Positions 14,047 to 25,000 of a stretch of 64,000 bases of DNA are shown one piece after another. The stretch's first letter is position 1, and each line of letters starts with the position of its first letter. The position numbers and the translations under genes were made by a program. This DNA is from Planktothrix sp. GU0601_MAG3 (GTDB lineage: Bacteria > Cyanobacteriota > Cyanobacteriia > Cyanobacteriales > Microcoleaceae): positions 4,820,578 to 4,884,577 of the forward strand of contig CP136572.1 of assembly GCA_035193785.1 (NCBI GenBank), given 5' to 3'. The notes beneath the pieces were generated by a model. The model saw only the letters and a list, made by a program, of their open reading frames with translations. It had not been told where the DNA came from and did no database searches.

Positions 14047-16109
14047 AATTAATTTCAATTCAACTCTGCAACTTTCGACAATTTTATGGGAAAACTCCAG
14101 AAATTCATTTAGCATCTGGAGAACGGAATACAACGGTTATTCATGGTAATAATGGAGCCGGAAAAACCACTTTAATGAATGCTTTTACTTGGGTTTTATA
14201 TGAAAAGTTTAGTGCGGCATTTTCTATTTCTGAACATTTAGTTAATAAACGTGCCTTAAATGAAACTGAGCCCGGACAAGCGGTAGGATGTTGGATAGAA
14301 TTAATCTTTGAACATGATCATAAACGATATTTAGTTAAACGAATTTGTCGAGCATATAAAAATGGGAATGATATCGAACAAACCCCCAGTCAATTATATA
14401 TGCAAGTAGCTGGAGATGACGGACGCTGGGGAATGCCACCTCATCCACCGGAGGAAATTATTAATCGAATTTTACCCTTAAGTTTACATCAATATTTCTT
14501 TTTTGATGGAGAAAGAATTGAGCAAATTGTTAGGGATGAACGCAAAATAGAAATTTCTGATGCGACTAAAGAATTATTGGGGATAGAAGTTTTAAATCGA
14601 GCTATTAAACATTTAGGAGAGGCTAAAAAATCCCTAGAAACGGATTTAGCAGTGATCGGAAATCCCGAAACTAAAAAATATTTACAAGACAAGAAAAAAG
14701 CCGAACAGGAAATTGATAAATTAGCCCAAAGACAGACGGAAATTAATCAAGAATTAGAGAATCTAAAACAGATAAAATGCACTTTAAGTGAGCGATTATT
14801 GGAGTTGGGAGGCGCGGCGGAATTACAAAGATTGCGAGATGAATTAGAACGGAAAAAAAAATCATTACGAGAACAACTACATCAAGCCCATGTTGCAATT
14901 AATCGGGTGATTTCTACAAAAGCCTATACGGTTTTAATCCCAGAATTAACGGCGGAATTTAGAAGTTTATTTTCAGGTATGCGAGAACGGGGAGAGTTAA
15001 ATACTGGAATTACAAAACAGTTTGTGCAAAATTTATTAGAGCAAAAACAATGTATTTGTGGGGCAGAATTAATTCCGGGAAAAACTGAATGTGAACAGGT
15101 TCAACACCTATTAAATCGGGCTGGGACTGCTGATATTGATGAAACGGCGATTCGTTTGAGTACCCAAGTTGATGAATTAGATAAACAGGGGGTGGAATTT
15201 TGGGAAGAAGTGAATCGTCAACAACGAAATATTCAAACGAATAGAGAAGAATTACAACGAATTGAAAATGAACTTGATAGCATTACCAATAAACTCAGAA
15301 AATTTCCTAATGAGGATATTCAAGAATTGCAAAAACGTTTAGATGAAATTGAACTTAAAATCAGTGAAATGAACCGAGAAACTGGTTCAAATCAACAGCA
15401 AATTCAAAGTTTTAAACAGACTGTTGATAGTTTATCTCGACAAATTGATAAGCAGCAAATGAATGAAATGAAACAACTCTTAGTTCAAAGAAGAATTGCA
15501 GTTACTCAGGATACAATTCTGCGTTTAAATGAGGTCAAAGACCGTTTAGACCAACAATTTCGCTGTCAGTTAGAAAAGCGGGTTCAAAAGCTATTTAGCC
15601 AAATTTCCTTTACCCCATATTTACCTAAATTAACCGAAAAATATGAATTAAAATTAGTAGAAACTACCGCCGGAGAGGAGGCTGAAGTCGCCGCTTCCAC
15701 GGGGGAAAATCAGATTTTAAGTTTATCTTTTATTGGGGGAATTATTGATGGGGTGAGGGAATGGAGTCAAAAAAACACCTTAATGGGGCCAGATAGTAGT
15801 ACCTTTCCGATTGTTATGGACTCTCCTTTTGGGAGTTTAGATGAAATTTATCGCCGACAAATTGCCAATATTATTCCTCAATTAGCGAATCAATTAATTG
15901 TTTTAGTTACGAAGACTCAATGGCGGGGAGAAGTGGCGCGAGAGATGGAAAAACGCATCGGACGGGAATATATTTTATCCTACAATTCTCCTAAAACCGA
16001 TTGTGAGGAAGACTGGATAGAATTAGCCGGAAATCGTTATCCCTTAGTCCATCAAAGTCCCAATGAATTTGAATATACGGAAATTTTAGAAGTAGAATAT
16101 GATTTTTGA
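14043..16109 (+). CDS. DndD/Rad50/SbcC-like coiled-coil ABC ATPase with CxC hook
   Basis: NFRQF, GNNGAGKT, FFFDGE, central CICG, signature STGENQ, Walker B MDSPFGSLD. Confidence 0.88.
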   Translation: MKLISIQLCNFRQFYGKTPEIHLASGERNTTVIHGNNGAGKTTLMNAFTWVLYEKFSAAFSISEHLVNKRALNETEPGQAVGCWIELIFEHDHKRYLVKRICRAYKNGNDIEQTPSQLYMQVAGDDGRWGMPPHPPEEIINRILPLSLHQYFFFDGERIEQIVRDERKIEISDATKELLGIEVLNRAIKHLGEAKKSLETDLAVIGNPETKKYLQDKKKAEQEIDKLAQRQTEINQELENLKQIKCTLSERLLELGGAAELQRLRDELERKKKSLREQLHQAHVAINRVISTKAYTVLIPELTAEFRSLFSGMRERGELNTGITKQFVQNLLEQKQCICGAELIPGKTECEQVQHLLNRAGTADIDETAIRLSTQVDELDKQGVEFWEEVNRQQRNIQTNREELQRIENELDSITNKLRKFPNEDIQELQKRLDEIELKISEMNRETGSNQQQIQSFKQTVDSLSRQIDKQQMNEMKQLLVQRRIAVTQDTILRLNEVKDRLDQQFRCQLEKRVQKLFSQISFTPYLPKLTEKYELKLVETTAGEEAEVAASTGENQILSLSFIGGIIDGVREWSQKNTLMGPDSSTFPIVMDSPFGSLDEIYRRQIANIIPQLANQLIVLVTKTQWRGEVAREMEKRIGREYILSYNSPKTDCEEDWIELAGNRYPLVHQSPNEFEYTEILEVEYDF

Positions 16110-16311
16110 AAGCATAAAAAATACTAAAATTGAATAATAGGCGATCAGATATATTCTGATAAATATAACACCTTAGCTTGTTTTTGTCTAGGGTAAATTG
16201 TGCTGATTTTTTACGAGATATTTCCTTGACGTCAAAACGTTTACAAAATTTTATACTTATGCTTTCATCCTAGGGTTACGCTTAAAAATCCACAGTTGAA
16301 ACGGGAGAGAA

Positions 16312-19300
16312 ATGGACTATTTAACAGAATGGACAGAAAGTGGCGTAGATGAAGAACTCACCCAACTGAATGTGATTCCTTTAGAGGGGTATCGTCCGTT
16401 GGATTATCTCCTCTATTCCGATACCCTGCCGCGATTAAATACGGGTCGGATATCTCAGCCTATTCTTAACCGTTATCAGCATCTTTATGAAGGCGGTTGG
16501 TGGTGTTCTGGGATTGATATTTTGACGGGAAATCCTGATTTGTGGGGCTGTTTTAAGCCGATTAAACCCCGTTCGACTTCAGACGAGTGTAAATTAATTA
16601 AATATGAACATCCTCCTAACGCACCGATGGGAATTTTTGCACTAAGAATTTCTCGAACAATTTGGGAAAAAATTGCTCAAAAATATGGGGTTAAAATTAA
16701 TCCTTCTGACCTACAACTCCATCAACCGGACTTGGGATTTTGGCGCTGGGTGATTGCTAATCCCGAACTACCTTTATGTATTACGGAAGGAGCAAAAAAA
16801 GCGGGGGCATTACTCACAGCCGGATATATTGCGATCGCACTTCCCGGGATTCATAGCGGGTATCGAGTTCCCCGAGATCAATATGGAAATAGAATTGCCA
16901 AACCTGCTTTGATTCAGCAGTTACAGCAATTTGTTCATCCTAATCGTAAAATTTATATGGTATTTGATCAAGATACCAAACCTAGAACTATTAAAGCCGT
17001 TAATTCAGCTATTCAGCAAACGGGATATTTATTTACAAAAGCAGAATGTTCTGTGTATATAGTCACCTGGAATCCCAAGTTAGGTAAGGGAGTTGATGAT
17101 TTAATTACAGAACAAAGTAAAACTATATTTGATCAGGCTTATCAAACTGCAAAACCCTTAGAAACTTGGAAGGCTTTTTCCTTTAATCGGTTAACTTATC
17201 CAGCAAATATTGATCTAAATAGTCGCTATTTATCTCCAATAACAATACCTGAATCCGCTAAATTAATCGCGATTAAATCCCCGAAGGGAACCGGAAAGAC
17301 TAAAATCTTAGAAAACATAGTTCAAGAAGCAATTAAAAACGGTAAGTGGGTCTTAGTCATTGGTCATCGAGTTCGACTGATTGAAGCCCTCTGTCAACGG
17401 TTTGGATTACAATACATGAAATCCCCTGTTGATACCCATGATTCGGCTTTAGGATATGGGTTATGTATTGATTCTCTGCATCCTAATTCTGGGGTAAAAT
17501 TTCAAGCTAAGGACTGGTCAAATGGATTAGTTATTTTAGATGAAGTAGAACAAGTATTATGGCATGGATTAAACTCAGAAACCTGTCAAAACCATCGAGT
17601 TTCTATCCTGAAATCCTTTAAAACCCTGATGCAAAATATTTTAGGGGGAAAGGGTCAAGTGGTAATTTCCGATGCCGATTTAAGTGATATTTCCATTGAT
17701 TATTTAACTAGCCTATCGGGGATACATCTGCAACCTTTTATTATTCAAAATGAATGGCAACCCTCAAAAAATGAAGCCTGGAAAATTCATAATTATTTAG
17801 GAAATACCCCCGACCAACTGGTGAAAGACCTGGAACAACATATTGCCGAAGGTGGGAAACCTTTTGTGTGTTTGTCAGCCCAAAAATTAGCCAGTCAATG
17901 GGGAAACTCGCACCCTAGAAACCTATTTACAAACCCAATTTCCCGATCGCTCTATTTTAAGAATAGATTCCGAATCCTTAGCCGATCCCAGCCATCGGGC
18001 TTATGGCGCAATTTCTAACTTGAATAATCTGCTAAAACAGTATGATATTGTATTAGCGTCGCCCTCAATTGAAACGGGAGTTAGTATTGATATTAATAAC
18101 CATTTTACCTCGGTTTGGGGAATATTTCAAGGGATTCAAGCGGAAAATTCTGTGCGTCAAGCCTTGGGACGAATTCGAGAGAATATTCCGCGATTTATTT
18201 GGATGGCAAACCGAGGATTTAATCAAGTAGGAAATGGGGCAACCTCCATGGGTTCTTTACTCAGTAGTGGACAAAAATTAACCCGCCTAAATATTCGTTT
18301 ATTACAACAATCTGATTTTGAAGAATTAGATGATTTAGAAATAGGATTTCAAGCGGAATCCTTAATGGGTTGGGCAAAAATGGCAGTCCGATTTAATGCA
18401 GGAATGACCCGTTATCGAGAGACAATTTTAACCGCGTTAATGGCAGAGGGTCATCAAATTATTGAGGTGCCACAGGCTAAAAAAATACCCAAAAATTCGA
18501 TTAAATCTACTCAAAAATTTAAACCAGAATGTTCAGAACGTCCTAGTCTTAACGAACTAATTCTAGCAGTTAAAGATCAGAATTATCAAGCGGAATCCGT
18601 GGCGGTAATTAACGCTCCAGATCTAAGCGATAGTCAATATTACTACCTCCAACAACAATTAGTTAAAACCCCTGAAGAACGTCGGGCTATCCGTAAACAT
18701 GAGTTGAAATTACGCTATGGTATTGCTGTTAGTTCAGATGTGATTAATAAAGATGATCAAGGATGGTATGAACAACTCAGAATCCATTATTTCTTAACCG
18801 TTGGTCGTCCCTATTTAATCGGTCGAGATGCCCTGGTTGCTAGACGGTTAATGGAACAGGGACAGGGAAATATTTTTGCTCCTGATTTTAACCGTTCTCA
18901 GTTAGGAGCTATTATTGGGATTATGGAATTATTAGGGATTCCTGCCTTACTCAAAAATCCAAAACGAGATTTAAAAAATACCGATGCTGACCTACAAACC
19001 ATTGCCGAAATAGCTTTAAAAGATCGCAATGCCATCAAGACTATTATTGGTATTGGACTGGCTAAAAATTCCAGTCCGATTACTATTTTACGGCGGTTTT
19101 TAGATAAAATTGGTTATCGTTTAACCTGTGTGCGCTCCCAAAGTGAAGGTAAAAAACGAGTCCGAGTTTATCACCTGGTTGACCCCCAAGATAACCGAGA
19201 AGAAATCCTGCAACATTGGTTAAAATTAGAGGGTCAATATCCGGGTCAATTAGACAGGATTTTATCTAAAAACACGCCTGCTCCTGACCCTTTCCGATTC

Positions 19301-19348
19301 ACTCCTGACTATATCCAACTTTCTTTATTTATGCCAAGTAATAGTTAA
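16312..19348 (+). CDS. DUF3854 TOPRIM-like primase + SF2 helicase; CyRepA1-like replication protein (1 frameshift near 17900)
   Basis: KYEHPP, ITEGAKKAGALL, FDQD, KGVDD, SPKGTGKT, LDEVEQV, SPSIETGVSI, QALGRIR. Confidence 0.82.
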
Positions 19349-19415
19349 CAACGGAGGAAAAGACTTCCCCGCCAGCAATTTGCTGCATCAGTAGTCTTTT
19401 CCCATCCTCTTTTTG

Positions 19416-19811
19416 TTAATTCTGTTTTAAATTGCCACAATGTTGTTTTAAACAGGTTTCTAACAATTTAGCATCAAAAATAATCGGCAAAAAGTGAATG
19501 CTTTTGACCTCCCTAAAATAGAATAAAATGGGTACGGGAGTCCAAAAAATTTCCCAGTTTATCCAGTCTTGGTAGGGAAATCGACGCAGTAGTTTACCTG
19601 ACCGATAAACGTCTAAATCCGTGGGGGTGAATTGCAGACGAATCAGGGCGGTTTGCACTAACAAAAATAGGGCGAAAATAGCAATCCCTAAACTTACCCA
19701 TCTTTGAATTAAAAACAGGGGAAAAGCACTAATCAGCAGCACCATCGGAATTATATAATTAGGAGGTAACTCAACGATATTAGAAGTTTGGGTTGTGGGT
19801 GTTGTGGTCAT
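19416..19811 (-). CDS. DUF3119 family membrane protein
   Basis: Two TMs; RRFPYQDWINW, ILFYFREVKSIHFLPIIFD. Confidence 0.8.
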   Translation of the reverse strand: MTTTPTTQTSNIVELPPNYIIPMVLLISAFPLFLIQRWVSLGIAIFALFLLVQTALIRLQFTPTDLDVYRSGKLLRRFPYQDWINWEIFWTPVPILFYFREVKSIHFLPIIFDAKLLETCLKQHCGNLKQN

Positions 19812-19923
19812 TTGTTTTTTTTGAGTCAAAAGCAGTTCAATAAATTCTACCAAAGTTATTATCATTTTGGTAGATATAGCAATCCTAAATCAGTTGTACA
19901 AATAGCTGGAAATCCAAATAATC

Positions 19924-19951
19924 GTAGGGGCGAGGCGCGCCTCGCCCCTAC
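19924..19951. repeat. GTAG-type REP-like palindrome
   Basis: gtaggggcgaggcgcgcctcgcccctac, a perfect palindrome. Confidence 0.85.
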
Positions 19952-20061
19952 ACCGAATTTGTGTCCATTTTTTAGGGTTAATAATTTTGATCATTATTTT
20001 GTACAATTCATTTAGACTTGCTATATTGCGGTTATTATTAGACAAATATCCTAAAAATTTA

Positions 20062-20854
20062 TCAACCCTTGACCGAGCTTCCTATCCCTTGAAACATAAT
20101 CCAAGATAGGAAAAAGTCGATAATAAAAATAGATAATAGGGCGGTGACAACGGCCGTTGTGGTGGACTGACCGACACCTTTTGCTCCTCCGGTGGTTGTT
20201 AATCCCCAACTGGTTCCAATAATGGCAATAGCCGCCCCAAAAACTAAGCCCTTAATTAACCCACTACAAACATCCCAAACCTGTAGAAAATTCCGTACTG
20301 AATCTAAAAATACCGTTGAAGAAATATTGTACATACTGGTGGCAATTAATAGGCCGCCTGCTAATCCTGTGACTAAACAAATTACGGTTAAAATTGGTAA
20401 CATCGAACAACAGGCGATTACCCGGGGAATCACTAAATAATCCACCGGGTCGGTTTTTAACATATAAAGAGCATCAATTTGTTCCGTGACCCGCATTGTG
20501 CCGATTTCCGCCGCAAAAGCCGAACAGACTCGCCCGGCGACAATGACGGCCGTTAATACCGGACTAAGTTCTCGGGCCAGGGACAGGGCCAGAACTCCCC
20601 CGACAATATTTACAGCCCCCAAAGCCACAAATTCCCGTGCTACTTGAATCGTGAACACCATTCCCACAAAACTAGCCGTGAGCAGAGCAATCATCAAGGA
20701 TTCCGGGCCAACTATTACCATTTGTTCCAAAGTGTTACGACGATGAATTTTACCCTGGAGTAAATGCACCACCACCTGACCCGCCAATAACAGGGCGGCG
20801 ATAAATCGCTGTAGCCAAAGTCCAAAGCTGGAAACGAGTTTTAGAATTGCTCAA
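20062..20854 (-). CDS. mlaE: MlaE/Ycf63 lipid ABC transporter permease (5' end frameshifted)
   Basis: RELSPVLTA, AFAAEIGTMRVTEQIDAL, GGAKGVG. Confidence 0.92.
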
Positions 20855-21024
20855 GGGAATCACAAGGGGATAAAGTTCAACCGACACTTAGAAATATACA
20901 AATCTTCAACAAGATTTATAACGCATAAAGTTTAATTTTTTTGACTTTATATTTAAGATTTCTCACAGATTTGATTAAAACGAGCGATCGCTCCTATCTT
21001 AGAAATTGATAACCTAGATTTCCT

Positions 21025-21387
21025 GTGATCCCCCATCTAACTGAGGTGAACAGAACTCGCCAACAAGCTGAAGATAGCCGATCTCCTTTGGACAAATTTA
21101 TGAGTATTTTGCCCCATTTCCTTCGTTCCTTGCTACTAGCAATTACCTTTAGTTTCATCGCCCCGCTCTTATTGATTGCAGTGGGATTAATCACCTTTGT
21201 CCTGATGAGTCACCTGCCTATTATACAAAATTTAGGGACGTTGGGCTGTCACCAAATGCTTAAATTTCTTGCCACCTTTGGCAATGGACACCCCTTACAA
21301 GGTTGTTTGGTCATCGCTCTAACCTTTAGTTTAGTGGGCGGGTTATTTGATACCTATGCTTGCTGTCAAAATCAAAGAATCAACTAA
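21025..21387 (+). CDS. Hypothetical membrane protein
   Basis: Hydrophobic segments; FLATFGNG...GGLFDTY. Confidence 0.65.
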   Translation: MIPHLTEVNRTRQQAEDSRSPLDKFMSILPHFLRSLLLAITFSFIAPLLLIAVGLITFVLMSHLPIIQNLGTLGCHQMLKFLATFGNGHPLQGCLVIALTFSLVGGLFDTYACCQNQRIN

Positions 21388-21549
21388 CAATTAGCCAAAG
21401 TTTATATAGGTGAGAGATTTAAGTCATTTCATATCGAATTTATTACTTTTATTAAGTCTCAGTTTAACATATTACCAGACTATTATAAGTTTATCAATGG
21501 TTACATTTGGTGTAAAAATAGACATACTGTAAAAATTCAAGATCATACA

Positions 21550-21952
21550 ATGGCTGATATTGTTGATATTGCTGTAGGTGCGGGTTCATTTACAACCCTG
21601 GTAGCCGCTGTTCAAGCCGCAGGTTTAGTGGAAGCATTGAAAAGTCCTGGCCCTTTTACTGTGTTTGCACCCAATGACGAAGCGTTTGCAAAACTTCCCC
21701 CTGGAACAGTACAAACCTTAGTTCAAAATCCACCGCAGTTAGCTAGAATTCTAAAATTTCATGTCGTTTCGGGTAAACTAACAAAAGCCGATTTAGAAAC
21801 ATTAGGTTTCTGTTACTTCCTTGGAAGGTTCACCAATTCCGATTAACTGTTCCGATGGTTTTGAAGTCAAAAATGCCACGGTACTCGCACCGGATATTGA
21901 AGCGGATAATGGCATTATTCATGTCATTGATACGGTGATTTTAATGGGTTAA
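21550..21952 (+). CDS. Fasciclin (FAS1) domain protein (1 frameshift near 21808)
   Basis: [16 protein letters not shown]; shifted frame ends [15 protein letters not shown]. Confidence 0.92.
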
Positions 21953-21993
21953 TTGGTTATCAATAATTTTCCTATTTTCAGGAAAAATAACCC

Positions 21994-22019
21994 GTAGGGG
22001 TGGGTTATCCCAACCCTAC
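21994..22019. repeat. GTAG-type REP-like palindrome between convergent genes
   Basis: gtaggggtgggttatcccaaccctac. Confidence 0.75.
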
Positions 22020-22044
22020 TAAAATTAATTTCCCATCCGAAATT

Positions 22045-25000
22045 TTAACTTTTCCGACTAGAAACCCGATGACTCAACCGTTCATAATCTGGACGAAACC
22101 ATTGCGGTAAACGAGAAAGATCTTGAATTTGTAATTGTTCAGGGCGACAATATAATAACACCGCCAATAGAGGTTTAATTGTCTCTATTTGATTCAATCC
22201 TTGATTCATTTGAGAGGCTAAGGTTTTAATAAATTGCTGTTCTGTAGAAGTCAAATTTTCTTGAGAAAATCCACTGTATAATAGGGTTCGATAGGTTTGA
22301 CCCACTGCACTTTGATAAACCGATTCTAATTGTGTAGCTTCCAAACCTAACCAAAAATCAGCTAATTGTCGGCGAATTTGACGTAATTCCTCAACAATAG
22401 AAGTATTAGCCGGATCTATTTTATATAAATTCACACATCCAATTAACCGATTTTGAAAGGATTCGATAGGAGTTAATGGTCGATTTTTGCTAATATCAGA
22501 TACCGTTACTTTTTCTAAAGCTGATGGATTTTCAAATACCCGTTTATATTCCTTTAATAACCATTGAGGTAAACGAGTTTCTGCATTAGCAACCACCATT
22601 TTTCCCGGGGGATAATATAACATTAATACCATTAAATGATTTAAAGAATCAGACTGTTTGAGTCCAATCGCCTGTTGAGTAATTTGGTTAACAAATTGTT
22701 CTTCTTCTGCGGTTAATAGTTCCCGTTGAATACCTCGATTTAAAAGAATTTGATATCCTTTTCCTAAATCCGTTGTATACATCCGTTTCCAAATGTTCTG
22801 GCGCAATTTTTAACCAATGTTCCACCATGATTTTCCGAATAGAACGTAACTGATCAACAATAGCTTGATTATTTGGTTCTAATTCATAAGCATTTACATT
22901 AGCAACCAAAGCCGATAAATACTGTTGGATTGCTTCTCGACTATTGAGTTGAATAGATGGCGGGTTAGGTTGATTTTGTTGCCAATTTTGGAATAACTGT
23001 TGGAAAATCATACCCATTTTATTCGAGTAGGTGCGACTATCCAAAAATTCAGGATTCTGTTGCATTTTTTGTTGAATTTCCTGGCTTTTTTGTTGTCGCA
23101 GTTGAGGATTATTAGCAAGGGTTATCGCTAAATTAATATAGGATTCTTCACTATTAGCAATTAAATCAGGAATAGAGAGCGATCGCAACAAAGACGCAGC
23201 CATCAAGGAACGGAATGAACCAATATCTCGGACGACAAAAACCTCTCCCGCTTGCGATGTTGTGGGGGAAAAATTAGGAATCACATCCCCATCTCGCACC
23301 ACGGGAACTAAACCTACTTCTAAAGGATCAACTAAAGAATTGACCCCGGAAAAAGGATAGGAATCTAAATAAATATCAGCTAATTTCAGATATTCTTTAA
23401 TATCACTGCGACTCCCTTGGGGTTTAATTATAATTAAACGACTCGAATCAACCCCATATTCTACTAAAACGGCTTTAAAATTATTAATCCAGGGAAGCGC
23501 CCTATATTGGGATGCCCAATTGGGGTTAAAGGGATATAAAACCAACACAGAATCAGGAACCTTTGCTAATAGTTTAGCCCAGGTTTCTCGCAGTTCAGGA
23601 ATAATTTTATAGAAATTCGCACCGGAGATAAAAACAACCGCCTGTTCAGAAATTCCCAAAGTAGAACGAGTTGGAGTAACTTTAGGTGCTTCTGGAGGAG
23701 TTGCATAATAACTGAAACAGTGCGCCGTACCTTCTAAAAGCATTAATTTTTCTCGATATTGGGCTTGGGGATTATTTTTTATTTCCGTTAAAGTTCCCGA
23801 AATATAGTAATCAATATTCCGCATTCCTGTGGTCACGCAGGATGATGTTGATGTGACTTGAATGCGGGCTAACCGATGTAATCCTAATAGGGTGATCCCG
23901 TGATTTACAGCCGTTATATTGGTTCCAATTAATATAATATCTAAATCATCATTACGGATGAATTGCACCTGCTCCTTGATATTTTGGGGCAGTTTTACAA
24001 GACGTTCAACCCGACTCTGACAATACTGTTCTAAGGGATGATTATTCGATTGTAGAGCATATAAAATTACCTCAAATTGAGTTGAATCTAAATACTCAAA
24101 AACAGGTAAAGTTGAGTAGGTTTCGGTTTGGGGTAGGAAATGGTTACTCAGAATTCCTAAACGAATCTTCTGACGAGTTGGACGTTGGGGAAACTGATAA
24201 TCTAAGGAATAACCCAAATTAGTTAGGGCAAATTCCATAATTTCTGCCCGTTTAATATAAATTTCCTTGAGATTAGCCGTATTAAAATATAAGGGAATAA
24301 AGTTAGCAATTTGGGTAAATTTCCAGGCTAATTCCTGCCAAATTGAAAACTCAGGATGACTGGTAAACCGTTCATGGATATAGGGAATCCAATCTGCTAA
24401 ATAACGATAATAAAGTTCAGCTTCCCCGCGCTCTTGGAAAAATTGGGGGACGGCTAACATAAACTCAAAATAATCAGGTAAAAACCATTTAGGAATCGGA
24501 GCTTGAATATACCAATTTGGAGATAATTGATAGGGATAGCTATATAAAATAATTGCCAATAAATGCTGTATGCTTTTAGGTTGATTTAACCCTTGTTTCA
24601 GATAAGCATACCAATCTTGGATTTGAGCTTTTTCCGAGGGTGTTAAGGCTTCATTTTTTAGCCCACTATTGAGTAGAATTTTATGCGCTTGACCAATTTC
24701 TCCTCCATAGGTTTTTTCTAAATAATCTGATTCTAACCCTAACCAATATTGAGCCACAATTTGCCGAATTTGACGCAGGGAATTGAGAAGGGAGTCTGGG
24801 TTATTTGTTTTCTTGTATTCTTCTGTTAAACGGGAAACTTCCGCCAAAATTTGAGCCGGAGTTAAAGTTTTAAGTTGAGCTTTAGCTGGTTTTTGAGGAC
24901 TAAATAACTCAATAATAGCTTGTTTAAGAGTATCAGATTGACTACATTTTAATGCTTCCTGAATTTGGGCAATTACGGCTTTAGCATCCCCATTAGCTAA

